64,000 bases of DNA from Bugula neritina. Its lineage: Eukaryota; Animalia; Bryozoa. Shown here piece after piece: positions 1 to 13,700 of the stretch. Location: contig OZ037767.1 in NCBI GenBank assembly GCA_964035545.1, forward strand, positions 22,460,628 to 22,524,627, read 5' to 3'. Made by a program: the position numbers and the translations under genes. Position 1 is the first letter of the stretch, and the number at the start of each line of letters is the position of its first letter. Below the pieces are notes generated by a model. The model ran no database searches, was not told the origin of the DNA, and was given only the letters and a program-made list of their open reading frames with translations.

Positions 1-181
1 TCTACACCCTCAACTTCAACTAACTTTTTCTACCTTCGGTCAAATGCTTTTTGTCAATGCATGCTTAGAAAAACACAATATTATGTGTGTTTGACCTAAA
101 TAGCCATTTATTAGACAAGATAGAGCAATCCTTTAAATCAACACATACAACAGAAATTAAGATATAAATGAATGTTTTTAC

Positions 182-2565
182 CAGCTTTGTATACTCTGTT
201 GCCAAGGTCCCCTTCACTCCATTGTGTATATGACCCTGAGATCATAGTGTCTGTGATATTAGCCCAGTACCTGCCTACCAATACAGACAAAGAATCCTTA
301 GACTACAGCTAAAGTGGCATGCATGTCTAGTAGCAGCAGTAGTAGCAGCAGTAGCAGTAGTGGTAGTAGTAGTAATAGTATTAGTAGTAGTAATAATAGT
401 AGTGGTAGTAGCAGTAGTAACACTAGTAGTAGTAGCAGCAGTAGTAGCAACAGCAGCAGCAGTAGCAGTAGTAGCAGTAGTAGTAGCAGTAGTAGTAATG
501 CTAAAGCCATATTCATAAACTTATGGTTACTAAATACCGGAATGGCCGCTGGTGTCAATGGCTGTGCCAAAGAACAATATATATTCTGTTAGAGATGCAT
601 GCAGAATGTACATGTGACCCATCCATCCTCCACAATTGACAAATATCCACTGAGTGTCTTGAGGAGGGATAATGTGATTCTTATACTTCTTTCTTAGCTG
701 TTTTTCTATGTTAGCAAATGCTGCCTGAACATTGCTGCCATCGCCAACTAAAAACGTAAACAGTAAAAACTTAACAAGCAAAGAATGCTACTTATAAGGA
801 ATATAACACTAGTACACCATGCCTTTAAAGTATCATCTACTCTAAAAAAAAGTAATAGCAAAATAATATTATGCTTTTATAGTGTTAGAAAAATGCTTCA
901 ACCATTAATACTGGCTTGTATGAAGTGTAGACAAAAAGAGAGAAAAATATCTAAATAAAGAGTTGTGAAGTGTATGGTAGTGAGTATTCTACTAGTGTAC
1001 TTTAAACTGGAAACATGTCTGGGAATACAATAAAACATCTCTCTGAGTAAAGCACACTACAGATTATCTTTAAAAAAATAAAAAGAACAATGATGTTATT
1101 CTCACAATATGAGTATCTGTATTAACCTACCAATATCAAGTATTAATTATACGTTCCAGAAAAAACCGAGCACGCTATCACATTAATGATAAAAGATAAG
1201 CATCGCTATCACATTAATGATAAAAGATAAGCATCGTAGTCATTATCACAGATAATGATTAGCTTACGTTTAAACTTTAAGTAAAGCTAAATGGCAATAA
1301 TAATGCTAATAACAATCTAGAGTCCTATACCGATAGGTGATGTTATACTATAACTAAATATATATTATATAGTTTAAATGATTTTAGGTAAAAATGGCAC
1401 TAGTAAAAATGGCACAGGTAATAATAGCGCAGGTAATAAGGGCACAAATAGAAAAGTAGGAAAAAATGGCATATTTTCAATATTAGGGTTTGAGGTTGGG
1501 GTAGGGGGTTTAGATTGGGGATTTAGGTTAGGGGATCCGGTTTGTGTTTGGAATTGGGGTTTAAGGGTTGGGGGTTTGGGTTTGAGGTTTGGGAAAATTT
1601 AACATCAGTGTGCCGTTTTTCCTAATTTTCCATTTGTGCTCTTATTACCGGTGTCATTATTACCTGTGACATTTTTACCTAAAATCGAAATGGACGGCAC
1701 CCTTAATATCTAGTTCTACAACCAAGTCTAATGAGTAATGCTACACAGTAAGTAATGACTATCACTATGAGCTATGCATACAGTAAGTGACTTACTGTAG
1801 GTGTAGCTCATAGTCATAGTCATCACTCACTTACTGATACTCATAGTCAATGTCATACTGATAGTGATTACTGATTACCACTACTCTATCACCAGTTCAG
1901 TACAAGATGAACTTGAAGATGAACTTGAAGATGAACTTGAAGATGAACTTGAAGACACAATGAATGGTGATATTGAATGTGATTGATGAAATTATACAAA
2001 ATATAATATTTATATTGGAGCTGGACATGGTCACTGGTGGAACTTGAAGTTGAACTATAACTTAATAAGTATAAATTATTAAATATAGTCTATAGACATT
2101 AATCATTTAATGATTAAACGGTGATTTATGATTATATTATAATATTAATAGACGTCAGACACTTAAACTCACACTGACACTGGTAACTACAGTTAATAAT
2201 CAGTACTGAGACTTATACTTATACTTATACTATAAGTATAAGTATAAGTTATAGGCTTATTTGAAATTCATATGAAAAATATTAGACTTAGTTAGTAACT
2301 TAGTAATAATTATAATAATAATTATAACTAATGTTATTATTACTAATAGTAATACTAATAGTAATAGTAATAGTAAATGCAATAATATTAATATTATCAA
2401 CCACCACTCACCGGCACCACTACCAGGAACAGTATTTTTTTCTGCAATTGCTTGAATATCTTTGTAGTCTACCATGTAATTTTTAGTGATTAACCAGTGC
2501 TGCAGAGCATAGCCAATAACAAATGTAACGAATGTAAATTTTAAAAGTCTAGAAAAAGAAAACAT
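182..2565 (-). CDS. SIGMAR1: Sigma non-opioid intracellular receptor 1 (ERG2/sigma-1 family), partial. Exons 2565-2412, 747-538, 274-182; the last exon lies left of the window
   Basis: Spliced translation gives an N-terminal hydrophobic helix, then QWIFVNCGGWMGHMYILHASLTEYILFFGTAIDTSGHSG|RYWANITDTMISGSYTQWSEG. This matches the sigma-1 signature (QWVFVNAGGWMG..LHASLSEYVLLFGTA..GHSGRYWAEISDTIISG). All junctions are GT-AG and phase 1. Confidence 0.95.
329..496. repeat. (AGT/AGC)n trinucleotide microsatellite in SIGMAR1 intron 2
   Basis: Directly visible. It explains the poly-Ser and poly-Leu ORFs. Confidence 0.95.
1380..1686. mobile_element. Foldback/MITE-like element with long imperfect terminal inverted repeats and a G-rich core
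   Basis: GATTTTAGGTAAAAATGGCAC at 1380 is the inverse of GTGACATTTTTACCTAAAATC ending at 1686. Inverted similarity extends about 80 bp with 15-bp subrepeats. The core is GGGTTT-like. No clear target-site duplication (TSD). Confidence 0.75.
1906..1954. repeat. 12-bp tandem repeat (GATGAACTTGAA)x4
   Basis: Directly visible. Confidence 0.9.
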
Positions 2566-4791
2566 TTCGTCAACATCAATATATGAAATTTAATATAACT
2601 TGCGAATGTGAATTTGTAGGACGATTTTAGACCAGATGGCAGATGGGAATAAATTCAAAGGTGTCGCATGTTAATTCAAAGGCGTTAAATAAGTCATCAC
2701 GGTGAGCTATCGCTTGTGCTTCAGGTAAGCTACTGAGAGGATAACTCCTCGAAGCACTGAGCTTTACGAAAATTAATAGCAGCAATCATCTACATAATAT
2801 TACGGCTGAATCATTATATTGTATACATAATATATCCTGCCATATATATCTTATATGCATAATATATATTTACACATTTCAAATGGCTAAACATCGTAAT
2901 AATCAACATTGCTTTAATTGTATTTAGGCCAATAATGTCCAAAAAATTAGTTAGCTTTCAAAAATTCATGCACTCAACTTGTTGCAAAGCTTATGTATAC
3001 AATAATAGGCAAGTGTAGGAAATTGCATATATTTTTTTCATGGAAATCAATAAAAAAATTTATAGTAAGCAATCTTGAAATGCATGTGCAATTTGATGAA
3101 GCATCTACTAAACATAAAGCATAATGTGAGAAAGGTGCCATTAATGGAATTTTAGAATTCATCACATGAGGAAATTTACAAAATACAAGCATGCAGTTTC
3201 AATCTAATTTATATCTGCCCATTAACTGTTTTATATGTCAACAGATTGTAATTAATGTGATTGATTACTGAATAAATTACTGAAAAGCATCAGCACAAAT
3301 CAATTTTTTCAATATGATATATTATATTAAGTGTTAGAGGGTCTTAGACCGTTGAGCTTTAATGACTAATTCATATTATATATCAACACTGTGAAGATTG
3401 AGATGGTGTTGAACAGTACACATGGCCTTAACATTTTACACTCATGTATAAAACTTCAGAGATCACTCTCAGACATTTTTTAACTTGTCCAATAATCATG
3501 TAGGTATATGTTTTCCCATTGCTATAATATAGCACTAGCCAGCGAAATTCAATAATTACCTAAAATTGTCGCAGAAAGCTTTAATGTGCTATCCTACATT
3601 TTTAGATCACATTGTCTACCAGGTTTACTCAAGGCTTCACAATTTACAAATGTGAGATTTGAACAGATTGTCTTTGCATGGAAATAAATAAAGGTTTAAT
3701 TAAACAAGTGCTTTATCCCTGTCCTTAACCAACAAGATGCTACATACATATATATCATTAGCTTTTAGTCGTTTCAATTTTAATTAACAAATTCAACAAC
3801 ACAGTTTGGTGAAATTATTTTCAATACGCCTTTTACTGAAACTGCCAAATAGTCAACAGACTGTCAAATGATACATTATAATATGGCTACCAAGTTAAGT
3901 AAAAAAAAGTTCAGCCATTATTACACTTTGCATGAAAACCGACTTTTATGTTGTCAAATTAGATTGCCTAATTTTTATCCATAACATATTAATTCAAATT
4001 CTTCAACACCAAAAAGTGAAGTATTTTTTCAATTTGAAATCTTCTTATGTAAATGTTTATGCAAGTTGTAGAATTTTGTTTCTATCATAGTATAATTATT
4101 CATATATTGATAAAATAAAATGTGAAAAAAATGAAAAATTGAGACATTTAAAATGTGTGCCAGGTTGTGGGTCCAATTCCAGCAACAGAAAAGTAGAGGA
4201 CCTGTTATTTTGGTAGACGACATTCAACTCTGAAGAAACTATTTGCCAGTTATTAAAATAAAACCCTTTGCTGAAACATGGTGAGAAGAAAACTCCGATG
4301 GTCAATAAAGAAGCACATCTCTGAGGCTTTCAGAGCTTTTGAGTGTGGAGTATCAGTACCCAAAGATTATATTACACTTGTTTTTGGACAACTCACAGAT
4401 TTTCTATGGGAAATCAACCTCGATTGCTTTATTTATGGAAGCGTTATTATAAGGAAAACATATTTTTTATATCTGCTTCAACTGCAGCAACTTTCAAAAT
4501 AATAAATGAATCAAGTTATAAAAAAATTATCTTTGATGATGCAGTGACAAGAGCATAAATCATAATAAGGAAGTGCTTGATCTAAAATATACAGAACTGT
4601 GTGATTATTTACAAGCATCTGCAAAAAGTGGAAAAAATATAAGTTAACAAAGCACATTTATTGAATACTTTGCATGCAGGTGGATATTGCAAGAAATATA
4701 TCTCATAACTTTCAGAGGTACAAAACTGGTTTAAAAGCACAATTATTTACATCAAATAAATAATATCATTATAGCTGACATGAATGTCATG

Positions 4792-7700
4792 TCAAGAGTT
4801 ATTAGCTACAATGTGCGGTGACACAGCAATTGTAGAGTCGTAATTCGTTGTAACAATGTGTGGTGTAAGTTCAGCAGACAAAATGGAAGTGGAATCCAAT
4901 GATGCGCATGTGTCAGGATTTGACATTCGCAAGGAGTTGTCTGGCTCTGATAACATGTCACTTGAGAGCACCTGTGTGGTACTGCCCGATACTGGTATAT
5001 CGGAAGAAGTCACTTGGGCCTCTATGATCATGCCGGTTGAGACTATTTGAGTAGTAGCATCACATTCTGGTATGGTGTCCACTGAAACCACCTGCGGCGT
5101 ATTGTCAGATTCAGAAATAACTTGGGTAGTGTCTGTTTCTACAGCTATCTGATGCATAGGTACCATGGAGTCTTCTGCCATAGCAATAGTGTGAGGAGAT
5201 GTCACCTCGCTGATTACCATCTCACTGGAGACCTGTTCAGGACAGAACACTGCTGTCATGGAATCCCCTTGTAACTCCACCTGAAAGACGTACTGAACTA
5301 CACAATTGTATGAATGAACTTATCAAGTGTGAACAAGTTAACATAATTCAAATTCTAGTCTTTAAATTCATGCAGACAAGCAGACACTATTTGAGTTGAA
5401 CAAAATAACTGTTATGACTCAATGCGAAGAAACAATTTCACCATTAGCTCAGAGAATTCATAAGAAATGAGTAAAGTGTGTAATTGCTGTTAAACTGCAG
5501 GTATTTTAAAATATTTCGGTACTTTAAAGTACATTAAAACAAATAGTAGACAATCTGCTAAAGTTATATCGTGGCCAGTTTCGGCTTTTAGCATTTAATA
5601 TGATATCAAATAAATTTGTTAAGCTCTAATGGTTTGATACAATGCTTAACGAACATTTCAGCAGATTCTAATGCTGTTGGGAAAAAATGATGTTTAATGT
5701 AATTGAATTATTGCTGTGGTATTTTTTTTTAGTTGCATTAGTATCCATTGAGTTAAATGTCAATGTAAAATAATTAGACCCAAGGCTACATTCCTTCAAT
5801 TGAAGCTGCCCCATGCGGCTACTCATAAAGTCAAACTTCAATCAATGATACCTTCAAAAGACTCTATACGTGTTGATTGATCTAGTACGAGCAAGTCAAC
5901 CTAAGTTAACTCAATTCATTAATTGGTTTAAATAGAAGATTAATTTTCCCGGTTTGTACCATGATTTGATAAGATTTTGATTTTCAACACAGCTCTGCCT
6001 AAAACTAGTAGTAAGTTACTAAACTGATTTTAAAACTGGCCACTTTCACAAGATTTATGTTCTGAATTATCACAAGTGATAACTTCATAAATTTGATCGC
6101 TCAACACCAGAAGAATCTTTGTGTACATAGAGCATGTAGCAGAAAATACCAAAATAACCTATAATCTGTGTAACGCTGCCAGAAAAACCATACCACTAGC
6201 AGTCTCCGAACCAAAATACTAAAATACCCTGAAACAAGCTGGAACCCACCTTATAGGTTTCACCGTTGATCTCAATGTAATCCCCAGAAGAGAGTGAGTC
6301 AAGCTGCTGTGTAGAAACTTGCAGTTGTCGCTGACCGCTTTCGTCTGCCTCCAGTGTCGCTGTCCAAGAAGACAACTTCTGTGATGCCAAGTCCACAATT
6401 GCCTCGGCAGCGTCTTGCTCAGCTGGTTGCGTCTCGGCCAGTTCTGCAATAGGCAGCAAAATATATGCATATAGGTTTGCTTTATTGAGCGCAGTCATTT
6501 GCTGGTAGTCAACGTTATTTCCTATATCTAGTATCACACTTCACGACAATAAGTAAAACTGTTCTGAGTCATCATAGAGATTTATTCTACAGCAAGATAT
6601 ACAATTATTCAGTGACATCTAATTCTACTCTTGAGCAGCATTAACATTTCAATGACATGTAAATCTACTTTTAGCCTTGGCTTTTATATCAAGAAACAGT
6701 AATAATAATAAATGTTAATTTATACTTGATTCGTGTCAATCAGAAGTATTAACCAGTACATAATTCCACTAGTTTTCTAACTTTACCCCTACTCTATCTC
6801 TCAATATGCTTCACGAATAGGAATGCCACGAGAACATATTTTGTGTTATAAATACATCACTTGTACATTCAAAACAATATATAACATAGTGGCTGCAAAC
6901 TGGTGGTATTATTGCATACAATACCTTTCTGCAAGAGATACGAGAGGTCGTGTTTGTGAGTGAGAGAATTAACCAGGTCAAGGATGTTCACCACTTTGGT
7001 TTGATCAACACTTGGTGCCGAAGTACCGCCCACAACTTCTGTAACCTGCTGACCTAAATGACAGAGTAATTCTGAGACCATTAGTACCATGAGCTCGATA
7101 TTCGTAGTGTCTCAGTAGATTCAGTATGTATGTAACAAGTCTAGCATCAGACGAAGTTAGTACATTCAATATTATTTTTATAATAGCAGTGTTGCAAATA
7201 AATGACACCAAATCATACGAAAGATTAGAAGCATTGTTAAAGTAACTCTGTTTGAGAGAATCTAATTATAAATCAGAGTTAGAAAAATAGTAGGTCTTCC
7301 TGCCATCTTATACAATAATTCAAAATCATGACTTCACCAATTGTTTGTTCAACTAATACTATCAATGTCTTTCTCCGCAATAATATAACAAGCGATTCTG
7401 ACAGAATGTTGAATTTCGGATTTGAAATAGTGACAAAAAGATGGGCACTGCTTTGTTAGCAAAGAGTAGACTGCAGCTGGACAATGTGTACCTTGAGCTG
7501 AGGCTACCACTGTGACTTCAGCGTTTGGTTCAACTACGCAAGAAGCTGTACCATCTTTCTTCACCATGATACTGATCTTATGCTTCTTCTTCAAGTGTTG
7601 ATACAAGTTTTTTCTCTTACTGTTCATGTACTTGCACAGCGCACACACGTACAGCATGCCTGCAAACACGATATGTACATATATATGTAGATAATACACA

Positions 7701-10700
7701 CCTGCAAACACCTGCAAACACCTTGTATACACAACGTAATCTCACCTGGCTCTTCATTTTCCTCAACAGCATCCTGGTTGTTATGTTTCCTCATGTGAAC
7801 TAGAAGAGAATTATGGGAAGGAGCTCTAAAGTCGCAGACGACACAAGTGAGTTTCTCTTCCTCCGTGTTCGGTAGAATGTCGGAGTGCTGCGTGTGCAGG
7901 TGCTTGTATAGAGACAGTAGCTTGACAAACTTCATCGTACAATGCGTGCACGCAAATGACTGCAACATATACACATTACTCATGTTATACATGATATAGA
8001 GTAGGCACATCGCTGTATTTGTATACTTACATCTAAATAAAACACTAAAAGATCTTAATATCTTGAAGATCAATAATTATATTTTTTATTTTGGTGATTC
8101 CTATAAAGTAAATACATGCTTGAAAACCATGAGCAGACAGTTGAGTGTATAGTTGACAGGTGAGACTACAGTTGACAGGTGAGTGTAGAGTTGACAGGTG
8201 AGAGCAGAGTTGACAGGTGGGTGTATAGATGACAGGTGAGTGTAGAGTTGACAGGTGAGTGTGTAGTTGACAGGTGAGTGTTGAGTTAGTTGACAGGTGA
8301 CGGTATAGTTGACAGGTTAGTGTAGAATTGACTGGTGAGTGTAGAGTTGACAGGTGAATGTAGAGTTGACAGGTGAGTGTAGAGTTGACAGGTGGGTGTA
8401 GAGATGACAGGTGAGTGTATATATGACAGGTGAGTGTGTAGATGACAGGTGAGTGTATAGATGACAGGTGAGTGTAGAGTTGACAGGTGAGTGTATAGAT
8501 GACAGGTGAGTGTAGAGTTGACAGGTGAGTGTATAGATGACAGAGAAAGCTTACCTTTGGTTTCTTAGAGTAGTCAGGTGGCTGATACTTGGTCACAGGT
8601 TTACTATCCAACAACTTCTTTTCACTGATATCTGCAACCGTATCTTTCCTGGATTGTACTGATTCTTCAAACCCTGTGACCCCTGCTGACTCCAAAATAT
8701 CTTGTTGCTGCCCGTCAGCGTAAACTATAAGCTGCTGCACACTTTCCATTTGGTCAGAGACGACTCCGTCGCTGTCTACGACCACCTTACACCAGAGCAA
8801 ACAGCATCAACTATACACAATTCAATTAATTCAAATCATACTTGAAATATGTCTCAAGTAGCAACCAACTATCATTACTTAGAGAGCTAAGAGTATACCA
8901 CGTGGCAAAATTACAGTGAAGTACTGATAGTAAGTATATAACAGTTCCTGAAAGTCTACTAAAAAACGAATCAAAAATCAACACCCTCACCTATTCATTG
9001 ATGTCACTCACATGTTGACTGATGTCACTCATATGTTCACTAATGTCACCCATATGCTCACTGATGTCATTCACCTGTTGACTGATGTCACTCACATGCT
9101 CACTGATGTCACTCACATGCTTACTAATGTCACTCACCTGTTCACTGATGTCACTCAGGTGAATGCGGGTGGGGCTATCTTTTTGGGAGGAAATAACTTG
9201 CTCTGTTGTCTCGGCAACCAAACTATTATTTACTGAAAATGAGCAATGTGAATGATATAGAGCAGTTGACATAAAAAGATATTAGGTTCAATGAAAAATA
9301 AACAAAAGTACATAATCTGGGTAAAATGTGAGGAAATAAGTTTATCAGCTTACTTGAGCTTAGTCAACGTAATCTATATAAAACATATTTCAGATTTCTC
9401 AATTGATTTTAAAAACATTACTAATGACTAACTTAACTGTCTCTTGGTAACTTAAAATATGGTCAATATTTTCACAGGAAGACCAGTTGCAACCAGTTTT
9501 ACACACAGATGTCTTCCTCTACTCATCAACTCACCACCAGTGATCTCTTCAGCAGGGTGTATGCTGTTCGATTCATCTACTACAGACTGTTGAGCATCTG
9601 GAATCTGGTCTTTAGTAGACTGGTCACTGGCCGCCAACTGGTCAGCTGGTCTGGTCAGTTCACCAGACTGTACAGACATTGTGTTGTCACCAGCTTGAGC
9701 CTTGCAGTTCTTCCCTTCAGTATGCCAGTTCCTCATGTGTCGCTTGATGTGCTCTTTTTGAGAGGCTTTATAGTCACAAAGACTGCAGGAAAATGGTTTC
9801 TCCTGCCATAAAATACAGGGCAAACCTTTACACAAGAGCTCACAACTTCACACACTAGAGTGGAATTCCCTACGTTTCTATAAGGCGTATCACCATACCC
9901 TGGTGTGTATCATGAGGTGACGATCTAGGCGACTCTTAGCATCGGTGACAAAGCTGCAGTGTTGGCAGAACAGCTTGAGTTCCGGTCCACGCTTGTGGAA
10001 CTTGAAGTGCTGCTTGAGATCCTGCTTGGAGCCAGCCAGGAACCCACACTTGTCACATTCCAGATATGCTGTGGGAAATAAAGTGGTTAATTGATAGAGG
10101 TCACATGACCACAGTAGAGGTCACATGACCAGAACAGAGGTCACAAGACCAGAATTGAGGTCACATGACCAGAATCGAGGTCACATGGCCAGAATAGAGG
10201 TCGCCTGAGTTGAGTTTTAAACTTTCAGAAATTCACAACTTACACAATTATTTTCTTGGCGCAACAATATTAATTGTATGTTGCATCTTTAGGGGTATAT
10301 AGAAAAACTTCACTTATGGTGTAGATAAACAACACAATAAGAAAGGTGGTATGATATGAATAAGTTCACCGACAGCACCTGCCTACAGGGAAACATATGC
10401 GGAGAATTAGATGGGAGAAATAGATGGGAGAATTAGATGCAGGAGAGTATATGGGAGGTGCAGAAAGGCACAGAAAGCAGAGTAAAGGATGCTACATACT
10501 GGGAGGGTCATCCACATCATTCTTCAGATGTTTTCTTTTCATGTGTAACTTGAGATCGGGAATTCTATTTGCACAGACATAATCACAGAAATCACATTTC
10601 ACTGTGCGATCCTGCAACCAGATGAAAGTCATTAGATACAAAATTATGCCATACTAAAGTTGCCTTTATACCTTCACGATTTTTGGTCAGAAATTCAATT

Positions 10701-13700
10701 TGGCCAGGTTGAAATATCTTTGAGTTGCATTGCATTGTAAAAGCCACTCGTAGAAATTTTTGTACTGTGATAACTTATTCGGCCGATTTCAGAATAATAC
10801 TCAAAAGGAGTAATAAATCCTTGTAAACATCGTTATTTAGTTATGACTTTGGCGATTAGATGGCGTACTTATACGTTAATAATTATATTACCTAAACGTT
10901 CTCAATTGTCGCTTTTATGCTGTCAACTTCACTAATTCACAACGTTTACAAAGGGCATCAAATAGCGATTAGGCGAGTCAAATTTCAATTTTAGAAAGTG
11001 AGCTTCCGCATCAATATGATTTCAACGATTTTAAGTTTGACTATAAGGGGGTACCCGGACGAGCATTATTAACTTAAACTCGGTACTTTTTTCAGCAGAG
11101 GTATAAACGCAACTTTATACCAATATTTTATATTATATAGGATATTAATTGATATATACTTATACTGTATGCACCATACTTACTTTGTGTATGGTTCATC
11201 CACTCCACATATAAAATACTTACTTTTGCACATTATAAGCTACTTACTTTGTGTACAATATACTTACTCGGAGTACAATATACTTACTCTGTGTACAATA
11301 TACTTACTCTGAGTACAGCATACTTACTCTGTGTACAATACACTTACTCTGAGTGCAATATACTTACTCTGTGTACAATATACTTACTCTGTGTACAATA
11401 CACTTACTCTGAGTACAATATACTCACTCTGTGTACAATATACTTACTCTGAGTACAGTATACTCACTCTGTGTACAATACACTTACTCTGTTTACAAGA
11501 TACTCTGTGTACAATATACTTACTCTGAGTACAGCATACTTACTCTGTGTACAATATACTTACTCTGTGTACAATATACTTACTCTGTGTACAATATACT
11601 TACTCTGTGTACAATACACTTACTCTGTTTACAAGATACTCTGTGTACAATATACTTACTCTGTGTATATAATTGATGTGTTTCTCTAGATGTATTTTCT
11701 GTTTAAACTTGAGATGGCATTCTGGACAGGGGAACTTTCTCTCATCTGTATGACTCAGCAAATGACGTCTCAGGTTAGAAATGGTTTTAGAGCTGTAGTT
11801 GCAACCGGCAAAGGTACACAGGTGAGGTCTTTGCTCTACAATAAAACTTTAACTTGAAGCAAGCCACTTGACACTTCAGCAGACTGTGCAGCTGTGTTAA
11901 ACAGTAGTGCTTCTTCAAGAAACGATAGATAGCCGCGAGGAATGCAGTCACCTAATGCGCAACAAAACCTCGAGCTATAACTTTAATTCGGAAACAACTC
12001 AACGACTCTTTTATCAAATTAGGTAACTTTTCTGCTGGTAGTAGAAGGAGCAGGCAACTTTAACTGGACCAACCTTTATGGATCTTGGAGTGTTTGATGA
12101 GGAAGGAGTATTTGTCCGTCTCGTAGTTACATTGTTGACACTTGTACACAGATGGTGGCTGGTTGTCTCCAAAGATGTATGTGTTACAGGAATACGGCTG
12201 TATGACCTTTAGTTGTCCTTTATCCTGTTTTACGGCAGTCAATTTTACATATGATAGATATTACTCGACAATAGCACCAAATTATTCAAACTCGATCATT
12301 CAATTATCCATATGTTGGGCAGCCCTTATTTCTTGCAAATTTAATTTTAAAAAAGAAACCTAAAGATTTTAATTGTGTCAGGCAACATAGAAACCCTTTG
12401 ATATTAAGAATTTACTCTTTCACCAAACAACATAAGTGTATGTAAGTTGTGTTTATAAATATACAAATGTAAGGTCCTTGAAACCATTCCTCTTGTAGTT
12501 GAGTACTAAATAAAACAGTAACGCCATTAGATTTACAGGTCAACGTCTAGACTCTAGTGACTACACTCACCTTTGTGTCCGGGTCAACAATTAGCTCAAT
12601 CATTACTTCTTGATTCTTAACTTTACCATTTGGATCCAATGTGGACACATTCTGTTTAGAATAGAATTTACCTGATGAACTTCCCTAAAATAGACCAACT
12701 TTTAGAGTTACGGCCCCTTTACTAGCATGACTCATACATTATTGCTTAGAGATAAAATCGCTTTCTCAACACTGTTATCAAAATAATAGCAATGGTGTTA
12801 TTCAAACACACAACAATATGAAGTTACCTGCAATTGCGGCTGCTGCTGTGTCTTATGTTGCTCTGTAGAAAGAGACGTGGAGTCACCAACCCTAAATAAC
12901 ATAGATATCATCATGTGACTGTATCCTCTAGAAGATGCAATTTCCAGTATGGGGTATTTTACTTAATTTATTACACACTTTAAATCTTTAGGTTTAGCCA
13001 TTCTTTACAGTTTAGCTCCTAATGTACATGGTTTCTCACCCAAAATTAATTTTCAACATAATAACATAGGCAGCTGAATAATCAAGTTTTCTTCAACTTT
13101 GCTTGATTTTTTATGGTTTTTTCCTAAATATTTTAGTAAATATATATGTGCGGGCAGGACAAAGCGGAGATAGGTAAGAATAGGTGAGAATATAGGTGCG
13201 CACTGTGATGAAAAATCCATCACATCCGCACATATATATTTAGCTCATATGCCATTGCACATTAATGTTCCAGGACTCCCTACCTAGCCTTTGTTGCTAT
13301 GCATAGTTAAACCAGCATATAAAATTACCCCATATAGTACATTTCAATACATTTTGTGCAAACTTCAGCTTTTGGCCATAATTGTCCGATGTGCACTATA
13401 TAAAGTAAAAGGACCCTTATTGTAAAAGGACACGAGTCATAAATAAACAGCAAAGTTTTTGTAGCAACTACTAGCTGCTAAATAAAATTTGAAATTTTTT
13501 TTCAAACATAATCCATTATATGAAGTTTTAACCACACCAGCTTTTCATCTGTGACATTTTTGTTCTACTTGATAAAGTTCTTATCAAAACACACAATCAT
13601 CTAGGCCTAATGACAACGACCACACAACTATATATGTATAAGTAGAAACTACTGGTATATCCCTAGTTGAACCAAAACACAAAACCAAGTGGAGTTGTCC

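Noticed and set aside
298-592. Poly-Leu and poly-Ser ORFs
   Set aside because: They are translations of an intronic (AGY)n microsatellite within SIGMAR1.
8045-8553. His/Thr/Cys-rich repeat extension of ORF 8045..8800
   Set aside because: It lies after a canonical donor (AAG|GTAAGC) and is read-through into the intronic minisatellite.
11249-11689. Four overlapping repetitive ORFs (CVQYTYS...)
   Set aside because: They are products of the 20-bp intronic repeat, with no independent coding evidence.
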